A DNA stretch of 35,420 bases from Octopus bimaculoides (GCF_001194135.2 NC_068983.1:147337473-147372892); one strand, 5' to 3'; counted from the first letter of the stretch, positions 1-11,288 are shown. The notes: generated from the letters alone by a model not told the origin. Made by a program: numbers and translations.

Positions 1-718
1 ATTTGATACGGTGTGGTGAAAAAAATGCAAAAACTCGCCGTCAAAACGGAGAAAACCCAGCTTATGTGGACGTGCTCTTCCGAAAGTCCGCCAAGGTATT
101 CTGTTATGAAAATTAGGTAATGAAGGAGTAGTCAGCTAGTGTGTATAAAATTCTGCTATGCTACAGCAAGACCAACACCCGATATATGTTTTAAACAAAT
201 TTAAAGCCTTTAGAAAAAAAATGTTTCGTGTACCCTGGAAACATGCTTAAAACATGTACAACTTCAACGGTTTCTCTCCGTTGTAAAATGTCTCAACAAC
301 GCTAGTTGAGTCTACTTTCTATGACTTCACTCAATCAATTTAAGCAAAGTTACAATGGACATTAATTAAGGTAATCTATACAGCGCGGGACAAAATGCAT
401 TGCAGTATTTAGTTTAGATCTTTATGTTCAGAAATCATATTTCGATTTTTAACCTACAGATTTGTAAATCTGTCCGTAGGAAAAAAAAAACATTAACAGA
501 AGTTTCCAGAGGAACGCTGTAATAATAAAGAATGTATGAATCTTATAAAAAATAAAGGTATTGCTCCTAATCAAAAACAAATAGAGATATGACACAAAAA
601 TATAACTAAGCAAGAATATAACGAAAGATATATATCAATAAAAGATAGAGTACGTATCTTGAATGAATGAAAAGGTGACAAATTCATCTTACCGAGCAGC
701 AAGCAAATATTTCAAACA

Positions 719-726
719 CCGGAAGT
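719..726 (+). promoter_or_regulatory. ETS-type motif CCGGAAGT, ~290 bp upstream of the DCAF13 ATG; possible promoter element
   Basis: Exact consensus motif common in housekeeping promoters; no functional data. Confidence 0.35.
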
Positions 727-1011
727 TGATATGAAAGCGGTGTATAACGATAATATCTACTTTTGAAAGAATAGTTTATATGGAACCTATAAATCAAGTT
801 AGAAAAGAATCCCAAAAATAATAATCTAAATAAATGATTCTCAGAAATAATTATTATTTATTACTTTTGAGAAATCAAGAAAAGTTTACATTTTTCTTTT
901 GCGTATAGCTCTTAGTTTACAATATCGCAGTATATATTTTTCCTAACTGGACAACGTTAAATTCTACACCGTTACCTGCTGGTGGAAGCACATGGAATGG
1001 TATAAATAATG

Positions 1012-1081
1012 ATGAAAATTAAACTATTGAGTCGAAATCCAGATGATCATCTTCGAGAAACAAAAGATGATATACGCAAAG
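1012..1081 (+). CDS. DCAF13: DCAF13 coding exon 1 (MKIKLLSRNPDDHLRETKDDIRK, phase 1); alternative in-frame ATG at 1009
   Basis: Matches human N-terminus MKVKMLSRNPDNYVRETKLDLQR; donor G|GTATTT at 1082. Confidence 0.93.
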
Positions 1082-1502
1082 GTATTTAAATGCATTAATT
1101 CAGATAAACGTTTTGAATATCTATTTACAAAATGTTCTTTTTGGCAATTAGAAATAACAATATAACTGAATTTGTTGATTCTAGTTTTCAACAAAAGAGT
1201 CTTTTGCTACTAAGATGAGAATTTATTCATAACGTGATAAGTCTATTAGAAATTAATAAACCACAAGACTACATGTTTTACTAAATTTTGTTACTATTCT
1301 GCAAAAATGAATTTTAAAAAATTTCTATACGAACAATAAAATATTCACGCAAGTGTTCACTAAATAGCACTTGTCCTTATATTTGAAAATGTGCTTGTTA
1401 ATCCTTAGTTACTGTTTCTTCATTCCTATTACTTTACAGAATTAGATCGTTTGTTTCTTGATTCTCCCATCAACTTTTATTTCTTCCATTACTTCATTTC
1501 AG

Positions 1503-1702
1503 TTGCCAGAAATTTTGATCCAAAATTCCATCCTTTTGAAGCATCACGCGAATATGTTCGTGCTTTGAATGCTACTAAACTGGAACGAACTTTTGCCAAG
1601 CCTTTCATCGGTTGTCTCGAAGGACATAAAGATGGTCTCAGTGTTTTGAAGAAACATCCAACATCGTTATCTACTTTATTGTCGGGAGCTCATGATGGAG
1701 AG
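1503..1702 (+). CDS. DCAF13: DCAF13 coding exon 2 (VARNFDPKFHPFEASREYVRALNATKLERTFAKPF...LSGAHDGE)
   Basis: Pyrimidine tract plus CAG acceptor at 1500-1502; donor GAG|GTAGGT; conserved Sof1 motif RALNATKLER. Confidence 0.97.
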
Positions 1703-3164
1703 GTAGGTTGATTCATCATCATTACCATTATTTTATGTCTGTTTTCCACGCCGTTATGAATAAGAGTGTTCGACAGAAGGATCTCCTCTTGCTCCAGTAT
1801 CTCGTTTTTGATATGATTACCACGACAGGATTCGGCACTATCATGCTATTAGCTGTCAGAAGTGAAAGTGCTCACTGCTAGTGAAGTATCTGTCTGCCTG
1901 TTGCTGGGCCTGTCGATTCTTTGGCTACTGACAGCTAATACCATGACTGGCCGGAGCGAGCTATCTGTCTGTCTTCTGTCTGTCTCTCTCTCTCTCTATC
2001 TATCTATTACTCGAAAGTTCGCGCGTCCGCGCTAGCTAGTCGTGAGTAGAAAACACAAATTTAATATAAAAACATATTTCCTGAAATTGCAAATTATTTA
2101 AAATATAAAAATATAATTTTCAACAGAGAGAATTTATCAAAATAGAAAACAAATGAAGTTTGAAATTTAAAAATAATAGGATCGACCACTCACGACTAGC
2201 TAGCGCGGTGACCCTCATACCCCAAGGGGGTCCAGACTACTATGTAGGGTAGTCGTCGATCGGACGGTCGTACCCTATGCTTTATGTGGCACCTGGACAG
2301 TTTGGAAATCACCTTACAAAAGACGATGGTAACAGAGAGAAGGAATAGTTGGGTAGCAGTAAAGGAGAAAAGGAAGAGTAATGTCAGGAATTAGGGAAAA
2401 GGAGAAGGGTGGGGACAAAGTGATTATAGTAATGGAATGTGTTGAGTTGGTGGTCCCAGTGGTAGGCTGGGTCCGTCTGTGTGCCATTACAGGATGAGTT
2501 TGATGATCCATCAGAGTCCCAGACAGTTCTTAGTTGATTGCAAAATTTAACAATTTGTGCATCATGAGGTGAATTCTTAAGTTTGATACATGGCTTTTGT
2601 TGGATGGCTCTAAGCAGAGTTCTTCCTGTTGAAATATACACTTTTAATTAACACATCAAAGAATCAACTATCATTTGCAATGTTGCCTTCGTATTCTGTC
2701 AGATTATGTAAATTTGAAAATATTTATCAATTTATGTGCCATAATTATGCAACATATATATTGTATTGCCCTACACCAGACTCATTTATGCTAAAGATAA
2801 GGCTCTAGAATTATTTGTTACCCTTGTTACCTCTAAGAACAGTTGTATCTTGTATCTAACTATAAATATTTATCTTTTGGTAAGTGGCAGAATCTACAAG
2901 AGTTAAGTGTCTTCATTATGGAAATTTATGATGTGTCAATATTAACATAGAATCGGTTGAACTAACTAGAATTAATAAAACCATGGCACCATGAACTAAT
3001 ATTGACTTCACCCAGTGATTAGAGATGTCTAACATGGAGACTGTCAGCTTGTCATGATTCCTGTCATAAACACAGTATATACAAGGACAAGATGTCTCTG
3101 CTGGCAGGGGGCTTCTTCCTGTGTACTCATCAAATAAAATGTTTTCTCTTCCTTTGTTGCTTAG

Positions 3165-3272
3165 GTAAAAGTATGGAATTTACCCACAAGAAAATCTATA
3201 TCAACAGTGCAGGCCCATACTGGAGTTGTTAACAGCATTTGCTTTCATCCTAAAGGGAAATATTTTTTCACT
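3165..3272 (+). CDS. DCAF13: DCAF13 coding exon 3 (VKVWNLPTRKSISTVQAHTGVVNSICFHPKGKYFFT)
   Basis: TAG acceptor after a pyrimidine tract; donor ACT|GTAAGT; WD40 repeat sequence. Confidence 0.96.
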
Positions 3273-3449
3273 GTAAGTCACTTTTCTATACCATATTTTT
3301 TCTCATTGTAAGTTGTTTAGTCCTAGCTCCAATCTGATCTTTCTGATCTGTATTGAAATGCGTTCCATCTGTGGCCATCCAGTTTTATTTTCTGATACAG
3401 GATATCTAACACCACATTGTTCAATGTGTCCTACCTTATTTAAAAGACT

Positions 3450-3809
3450 GTGGAGATGCAATGGCCCAGTGGTTAGGGCAGTGGACTCGCGGTTTCGATT
3501 CCCAGACCGCGCGTTGTAAGTGTTCATTGAGCTGAAACACCTAAAGCTCCACGAGGCTCCGGCAGGGGATGGTGGCGAACCCTGCTGTACTCTTCCACCA
3601 CAACTTTCTCTCACTCTTACTTCCTGTTTCTGTTGTGCCTGTAATTCAAAGGGTCAGCCTCGTCACACTGAATATCCCCTGAGAACTACGTTAAGGGTAC
3701 ACGTGTCTGTGGAGTGCTCAGCCACTTGCACGTTAATTTCACAAGCAGGCTGTTCTGTTGATCGGATCAACTGGAACCCTCATCGTCATAAGTGATGGAG
3801 TGCCAACAG
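3450..3809 (+). mobile_element. tRNA-derived SINE (family A; tail ending CCAACA), full length
   Basis: A-box TGGCCCAGTGG and B-box-like GTTTCGATTCC; 13-bp TSD TATTTAAAAGACT at 3437-3449 and 3810-3822; homologous copies at 11589 and 35124. Confidence 0.9.
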
Positions 3810-4292
3810 TATTTAAAAGACTAAGGTTATTTGATGGATATTTATTGCTTTTTTTTTTGCAGGTTGAACAACCATTTGGAGGCTTCTGATTTATATGTAT
3901 ATGTGATGGGTCCATAACTATTATAGTTTAGATGTAACTGACAGCATAGAGTTGCTCCAACAGTTCAGATACAAATGTAGGAATTTTCCAATTGTTCTGT
4001 GTAATCAACTGTGGTAAAATAAATATTTAGATAAAAAAATAAAACAATGGTAAAGTAAATTCTTATGTTTCACAATAAAGTGTGAATTGAAGGAAATAGA
4101 ATTATAATTTATGGATTTATATTTTTTTAGTTGTTTCAGTCACTGAACCCTTGAAGGGTTTTAAGTAATCATCAACACTAGTACATGTTTTATTGATCAG
4201 ATCACCAAATTAAACAACAAAGGGACTAAGTATAAATGGCACAAGTTTTTAAAGCTGTATAAAAGACAGAGACAAAATTCATACATTTATAT

Positions 4293-4451
4293 ACAATGGT
4301 CTTCTGCTCAATTTTTGCCTACCAAACTTCACTCACAAGTATTTGTCAACTTGAGACTATAGTAGATGATACTTGCTTAAAGCGCTGTGCAGTGGGATTG
4401 AACCTGGAACCTCATAGTTGCAAAGCAAATGTCTTAATTGCACAGCCATGC
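4293..4451 (-). mobile_element. Diverged SINE family B head
   Basis: Similar to 9386-9542 and 31248-31404. Confidence 0.7.
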
Positions 4452-5010
4452 TTATACTTGTGATCAGGTTTTAAATATACATACTTTTATTTGTTTGTAT
4501 TAATTTTACAAAAAGTAATATCAGTCTATAGTTTTACACCAACTATCTGGCAAGTGATATTCTTATATAAATATTAAAGCATTCCATGGTCCAAATCATA
4601 TTCTAGGGTTCATTTGATTGACTACAACCACTTACTTCAACAATGTGCCTAGTCCTTTTTCCCCAATTAAGCTTATTCAACAAGTAATTTGAGTATTTAA
4701 TTACAGCTTCCAAAATCATTTCGTTAAAAAATAGGGTGTTATTCGAAATAGTTGAATTAGTAGAATACCTGATAAATGTATTGTAGTATTTAGTCTCATC
4801 ATTATAAGTTCAAATTGTGCTGTGATTATCATTTTAAAGAACAAAAACCATTATATTTAAAATGTATGTAAGTGCAGTATAAGAAGTAAAATTGCTATGT
4901 GAATTGAGTGGAAATATTTCACTTCATTTGCATTTCTCACTAATATTACAGAAAATCATAACTTCATAATGTCTGTTTTACTTTTCTCTTTGAATTGTTT
5001 TCATTAACAG

Positions 5011-5097
5011 TGTGGAAGAGACAAGACAATCAAGCAGTGGAATGTAGATGAAGAATTTCACATTGAAGAAGACCCTACCAATGTTATTCTAGGACAA
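5011..5097 (+). CDS. DCAF13: DCAF13 coding exon 4 (CGRDKTIKQWNVDEEFHIEEDPTNVILGQ)
   Basis: CAG acceptor; donor CAA|GTATGT; resembles human VGDDKTVKQW...EEPLHTILGK. Confidence 0.95.
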
Positions 5098-6079
5098 GTA
5101 TGTAGATATACATCTACAGTTTGATGAATTACCCATCCTCCTTTCAGATAATGATCCACAAATAAGATGTGTTGCTTATATTTTCCTAACATTTCCTGTT
5201 AGCACAACAACCACCATCACTGCTGTCATATCTCCCTAGTCATTTATACAACCACTGAGTCAGTTCTTATTTATTCTATATTGCAATTTGTGGACAATAG
5301 CAATGTTGGTTACAGGTTACTTTTTTTACTGAATTTCTAATGCACTGGAGTGACAAGGGACTAACTCACTGCAAAGGATTTTATTTGTAAAATGCCACAT
5401 TTTCAGTTTCCTTACCAATATGAATTGGTAAAACACATGCACATACAAGTTTGCTTCTTCCAAAATCTACTGACAAGCTATTTCTTAACCCAGTGCTTTG
5501 GCAGAAGATTCTTACCCAAAATGCCATACTGCAAGAATGAATCCCAAACCATACAGTTGCATAATAATCTCCTTAGCCATACAGCTGCTTCAGTTTTATT
5601 ACATAACTGAGGCATTGCCTCAATTATGTAATAAATTGTTGATTGCCTTGTCCAAAATATACAGTGTTCAATACTAGTGATAATTATTATTACACCTCAC
5701 TATATTAGTGGTTATAGTATTTTTTAACCTATAGTGCTGGCATAATCACTTATAAAATATTAAATTATATTTCCGCATTTTATTGTCAGTATATCTTGGT
5801 CTTTATTCTCATGCCAGCTCTGACCAAACAAACATATGATCACAGTTGATCAAATCTTAATTACATATGTGCATCCGTGTCTTTCCTTTTCCTAAGACTG
5901 ATGTTTAGAATTGACTGAAGCTGTAACCTGAGTTGTCTCCCTTATTAGGTTCTTCACTTGTTCATCAGTTAAGTTTGCGTAGCGGCATTTCGTCGTTGTT
6001 TTTAATCAGTTTGTCTAGTGGTCCCCTAGTTGGCTCATATTTTTATTAGTATTGTCAGTTGAAGTAGTCTGTATGCCGT

Positions 6080-6388
6080 TCTTTTGTTTCAGTCATTTGA
6101 GTGTAGCCACGCTGGAGCACCACCCTTATTCAAACAAATCGATCCCAGGTCTTATTTTTGTAAGCCGAGTACTTATTCTATCGGTGTCTTTTGCTGAACC
6201 GCTAAGTTACAGGGACGTAAACACATCAACATTGGTTGTCAAGCGATGGCAGAGGAACAAACAAATACGCGCGCGCGCGCACACACGCACACATATACGG
6301 CGGGCTTTTTCCAGTTTTTCAATGGAACTGAACTTGGAACCATGTGGTTGGGAAGCAAGCTTCTTACCACACAGCCACTCCTGCGCCT
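6080..6388 (-). mobile_element. SINE family B with an internal deletion
   Basis: Head and tail match the 31013-31404 copy; the CORE segment is missing. Confidence 0.8.
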
Positions 6389-6696
6389 ATTTATTTATTC
6401 TTGTTATAGTACATCATAAAGTGTTATCCTACATCTACGACTTGGTCGCTGATATAATTCCAGGTGCAGTAGAATTATCTATGACCAAATAATAGATGAA
6501 AATTTTTTTTATCATTTACGATACTATCAAGAAATAAAGCTAACAACACTCGATCTCGGATCAAGTCAGTCTCCAAGACAAGTACAAATAACTCCATTAT
6601 CAATGTTTAGGATTGACTACTTAGAAAATGAAACTGTAACCTGAGTTGTCTCCCTTATTAGGTTCTTCGCCTGTTCATCAGTTAAGTTTGTTTTGA

Positions 6697-6905
6697 CGAG
6701 CTATCTGAATTGTTAACATATCAGACAAAATGCTTAGCAGCATTTCGTCGTCTTTACGTCTAAGTTCAAATTCTGCCCGGATCGACTTTGCCTTTTCCTT
6801 CGTTATTGATAAAAATAAGTATCAGCTGAGCACTGGGACCGATGTGATTGATTAGCTCCACTCTCTTAAAATTTCAAGCCTTGTGCTAATAGTAGAAAAA
6901 ATTAT
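6697..6905 (+). mobile_element. tRNA-derived SINE (family C)
   Basis: AAATGCTTAGC...AGTTCAAATTC...GAGCACTGGG...GCCTTGTGC, shared with copies at 26431, 26832, 31853 and 34643. Confidence 0.75.
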
Positions 6906-8161
6906 TAAACTGTCAGGAAATGTTCATCATCCGTGGATAAGATGGGGCAGAAATCTAAAGAATCAGCCTTACGTTTGTTTTTCCACTCTACCATTGATTG
7001 AACATGTCTTTTCCAACACATCATCTCACCTCTTAATGCAGTCACTCATAGGAGCTCTGAGTGCTAACTACTACTGTGCAGCTTCCATATATGTAGATTT
7101 TTTTTTTCTCTGTCATCCAATCTGTGATTCCACTACTATTCTTGTGCAGCCATAATTTGTGTTCATACACTGTATGGAATTCCTATCTACAGCCTGGATA
7201 AGAAGGGAACATTTGCTTTCTTGCTAACTAAAACTTTTATTTTTGTCAGTTTTGCTTTGGAGTCTCTTGATTCTAGGCTTTACTTCTTAGTTTGAAATTT
7301 TTTCTCTAGGTCTTCAAATGAGCTAGCTATAAGAATCAGATCAACATACAATGTTTTCAGATAGGCAGCTGGTCTTAAACTCCTCTTTTAGCCTAGAGAA
7401 CTATAAGAAGCAAGAGGAGGTTGATAATCGAACTCTGGCGGACATTTGTCTACATGCTAAATTTGTTCCTGAGTTTATTGCCAATTTTTACCTTGCTAAC
7501 ATGCCTTGTTTGAATCTCACAAACGATACATCTATACCTAGTTTTCTAAGCAACCATCAAGATACAAAGTACAGTACTCTATGAAGATCAATAAGTGTTA
7601 GGTATAGTATTTTGCTCTTAGCTAAGAATGTCTCTGTTTTTTCTCATCAGTGGTACTCTAGCTTGCCATATATTCAAACTGATCAAAGCTGGTTCTTTTC
7701 CTAAAACTATTTTTATTACTTTCATAATTTGTTCCATCACTGTATAATTTCTTCTTTGTTGGGTAATTCTTGCCCTTTTATGGCAGGGGAAGACGATACT
7801 GCTACACCAGTGAATGAGTATGACATGCTACTTAGCCGAGTATGTGCATGACTAGCACTGTCCTTAAGTTGCCTCATATTTTCAATAAAGAGAGAGATAG
7901 GAAATTTTAATATGATCAAGTAACCTTATTTTCATGATACAAATTGTATTAGATAAAATCTGAAGTCCATGGAAGTACTAATGATATATGTCATCAGCAA
8001 TTAACTCATACGAGGATTCAAGAAGACTACTACCAGTTTCGTCAAATTTTAGATCTCATTTTGTCTTACAATATTGTCTGTGCATTTGAACATCTCAAAC
8101 TTTCTACTGATGTCTTCTCTAGTTATATTGCATGTTAAGTTAATTATTTTCTTGTTTCCAG

Positions 8162-8317
8162 ACTCTCTTTCATGCCATTGATCATCATTGGAAAGACGAT
8201 ATCTTTGCTACTTGTGGAGAACAGGTTGACATCTGGGATGAATCACGGGCAGAGCCTATCCGTTCATACAGCTGGGGCGTTGATAGTGTCCAGTCATTAA
8301 AATTCAACCCAGTTGAG
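8162..8317 (+). CDS. DCAF13: DCAF13 coding exon 5 (TLFHAIDHHWKDDIFATCGEQVDIWDE...LKFNPVE)
   Basis: CAG acceptor; donor GAG|GTAATT; near match to human IDHHWKEAVFATCGQQVDIWDE. Confidence 0.97.
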
Positions 8318-8389
8318 GTAATTTCGTTTTTTACTGTCTCAATTTTATATATACTCTTTCTTTTATTAGTTTCTACTCAAGAGCTGTGG

Positions 8390-8641
8390 CCATTTATTCT
8401 CTTACTTGTTTCTATCATTTGACTGAGGCCATGCTGGAGCACCAGTTGAACAAGTTGACTCCAGGATTTATTTTTTAAAGCCTATTACTTATTCTATCAG
8501 TCTCTTTTTGCCGAACCGCAATGTTACAGGGATGTAAACACCCACACTGGTTGTCAAGTGGTGATGGATGGATGAACTCAGAAACAAAGACACACACACA
8601 CACACACATAAATATATGCATATATATATATATATATATAT
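8390..8641 (-). mobile_element. SINE family B, 3' half with (CA)n(TA)n, running into the N gap
   Basis: Matches the tail of the 31013 copy (GCCGAACCGC, GGTTGTCAAG). Confidence 0.8.
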
Positions 8642-8642
8642 C

Positions 8643-9249
8643 NNNNNNNNNNNNNNNNNNNNNNNNNNNNNNNNNNNNNNNNNNNNNNNNNNNNNNNNNN
8701 NNNNNNNNNNNNNNNNNNNNNNNNNNNNNNNNNNNNNNNNNNNNNNNNNNNNNNNNNNNNNNNNNNNNNNNNNNNNNNNNNNNNNNNNNNNNNNNNNNNN
8801 NNNNNNNNNNNNNNNNNNNNNNNNNNNNNNNNNNNNNNNNNNNNNNNNNNNNNNNNNNNNNNNNNNNNNNNNNNNNNNNNNNNNNNNNNNNNNNNNNNNN
8901 NNNNNNNNNNNNNNNNNNNNNNNNNNNNNNNNNNNNNNNNNNNNNNNNNNNNNNNNNNNNNNNNNNNNNNNNNNNNNNNNNNNNNNNNNNNNNNNNNNNN
9001 NNNNNNNNNNNNNNNNNNNNNNNNNNNNNNNNNNNNNNNNNNNNNNNNNNNNNNNNNNNNNNNNNNNNNNNNNNNNNNNNNNNNNNNNNNNNNNNNNNNN
9101 NNNNNNNNNNNNNNNNNNNNNNNNNNNNNNNNNNNNNNNNNNNNNNNNNNNNNNNNNNNNNNNNNNNNNNNNNNNNNNNNNNNNNNNNNNNNNNNNNNNN
9201 NNNNNNNNNNNNNNNNNNNNNNNNNNNNNNNNNNNNNNNNNNNNNNNNN
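8643..9249. other. Assembly gap (N)
   Basis: Run of N. Confidence 1.
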
Positions 9250-9250
9250 A

Positions 9251-9542
9251 GAACCCCACACAAGAGCCAGTTCAGGGGCACTGGCATCGATCTCGCTCGA
9301 AGAAATTTCATGTGTCACCAGCACAAGAGCCAGTCCAGGGGCACTGGCAACAATCTTGCTTGAAAAAACCTCATGTATATGTATATACTACGGGCCTCTT
9401 TCAGTTTCCAGCTACCAAATCCGCTCACAAGGCTTTGGTCAACCCAAGGCTATAGTAGAAGACACTTGCCCAAGGTGCCATGCAGTGAGACTGGACTTGG
9501 AACCATGTGGTTGGTAAGCAAGCTTCTTACCACACAGCCATG
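9251..9542 (-). mobile_element. SINE family B head joined to RTE-type 3'UTR tandem repeats
   Basis: 9386-9542 matches the family B head; 9251-9365 matches the repeats at 10981-11180. Confidence 0.75.
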
Positions 9543-10797
9543 TGTATTTGTTATGAAGTTTTCAAGAAACTTCATGGCTCACTGGACAACATGCTAGACT
9601 ATTTATCACATGGTCTTAAGTTCAAACTACATCCAAACAGAAAGCTACCAAAATAATTTGCCTTTCTTGAGGCACCCAATTGCTGTATCAAGTTTGAACT
9701 CGTGACTAATAGTCTGATATCTTAATATCCCACTATGTTCCAGAAGTGTGATATAAAAAAGGACTCCTTCTAATAGTTAAAATGGTAGTGATGAAAGCAC
9801 AACTGACTGGGGAAATGCAATCAAGAAATAACCCCAATACTGAATGAGTCAACAAAGGTTTCTCTTAACTTATTTTACTACTATATTTCTAACTAATTAG
9901 ATACATTCACTCTGTTTTTCAATTAAATTCCAAAAGAATCTAGAACTTAGACATGTTTCATTTAAAACAATTTTAACTTCTTCATTTATTGATATGTGAA
10001 TATTGGTATTTGGAACAAAATTTACAGAAATTTTAGGATTTTAGCAACAGGATTTTTGATAAAAACTGGTAAATTTGTTAGACTGTAAAATTACAAGATA
10101 TCAACATATAAAATTGGTTTTTCAGGTAATATTTAACTGAGATATTTGTAACAGAATTGTAATATAGAAAAATTGTTCATATTGATTTACACTGTAATAC
10201 AATTTTTGTCCTTGGGTAGCAACTGTTATTTTCCATTTGCTTACTCCTAGAAAGTATGAAAAATGGCTAATATTTCTTTCAGATTTTGCTTTTGTTACAT
10301 TTATTCAAACATTGAAGAATCCTTCTCAACACATGGCTATGATATTCCCCCACTACTCCTGCTCTTGATCACAGATGCACATATTGTCAGCCACTAAGGA
10401 ATGTGCTGAAGTGGTTAAGGTAAATCTATGGTATTGAGCTGAATATTTGCTATAATGATATTTTTGCTTCAGCAACTCAGCATTGAATCTGTCTGAAATG
10501 TAATGGAAAATAGGTCAGTTTCAAAACATTGATGTCCATGTCACAAAAGCAAAGTTCAAAGAGAATAGTAGTCATTTCCTTTGATCTTTAGATAGGAAAT
10601 AACACTTATTGACCAAAGACATTTCGATTTGCTTTAAGTGTAAAAAGTTACAGGAAAGATAACTGTAATGATTTGGACATTCAGAAATCAAATTTCATAT
10701 TATAAAATGTTGGACAGTGTACTGGAAGAATTTATCTAGTGAAATCTCATTAGCTCTAACACAGTAATGAAATTTATATTAATATTATCTTTTAAAT

Positions 10798-11288
10798 CAT
10801 CATCATCATCATCATCGTTTAACGTCCGCTTTCCATGCTAGCATGGGTTGGACGATTTGACTGAGGTCTGGTGAAACCGGATGGCAACACCAGGCTCCAG
10901 TTTAATTTGGCAGAGTTTCTACAGCTGGATGCCCTTCCTAACGCCAACCACTCAGAGAGTGTAGTGGGTGCTTTTACGTGTCACCCGCACGAAAACGGCC
11001 ACGCTCGAAATGGTGTCTTTTATGTGCCACCCGCACAAGTCAGTCCAGGGGCACTGGCAACGATCTCGCTCGAAAATCCTACGGGAGCCAGTCAGGTGGT
11101 ACTGGCAACGGCCACGCTCAAAATGGTGCATCTCATGTGCCACCCGCACAAGAACCAGTCCAGGGGCACTGGCAACGATCTTACTTGGCTTGCCGGGTCT
11201 TCTCACGCACAGCACATTTCCAAAGGTCTCGGTCAGTAGTCATCGCCTCGGTGAGGCCCAATGTACGAAGGTCTTGCCTCACCACCTC
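10798..11288 (-). mobile_element. 5'-truncated RTE-clade LINE: last 35 codons, 3'UTR with internal tandem repeats, (GAT)n tail
   Basis: Minus strand reads EVVRQDLRTLGLTEAMTTDRDLWKCAVREKTRQAK* (11288-11181), typical of an RTE ORF end; 3'UTR motif AGGAAGGGCATCCAGCTGTAGAAA. Confidence 0.8.

Noticed and set aside
1001-1008. TATAAATA as a TATA box
   Set aside because: It directly abuts the start codon, leaving no room for a transcription start and 5'UTR
2384-2641. Minus-strand ORF (KLKNSPHDAQIVKFCNQLRTVWDS) faintly like a Helitron/Pif1 helicase segment
   Set aside because: The similarity is too weak to support by eye and no diagnostic motif is present; it needs blastx
3161-3170. AG|GT junction at the exon 3 start (also exon 7) as a recursive splice site
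   Set aside because: The GT is simply a conserved Val codon and the donor context is weak
3452-3510. tRNA-like heads here and at 11590 as tRNA genes
   Set aside because: They continue directly into SINE bodies with tails and TSDs, and have no complete cloverleaf or terminator
8475-9455. Long ORFs in the supplied track (248-295 aa)
   Set aside because: They are artefacts of translating through the N gap; the flanks are SINE and microsatellite sequence
10981-11180. Repeat-spacer look (CRISPR-like)
   Set aside because: The units are irregular degenerate tandem repeats inside a eukaryotic retroelement, with no unique spacers and no cas genes
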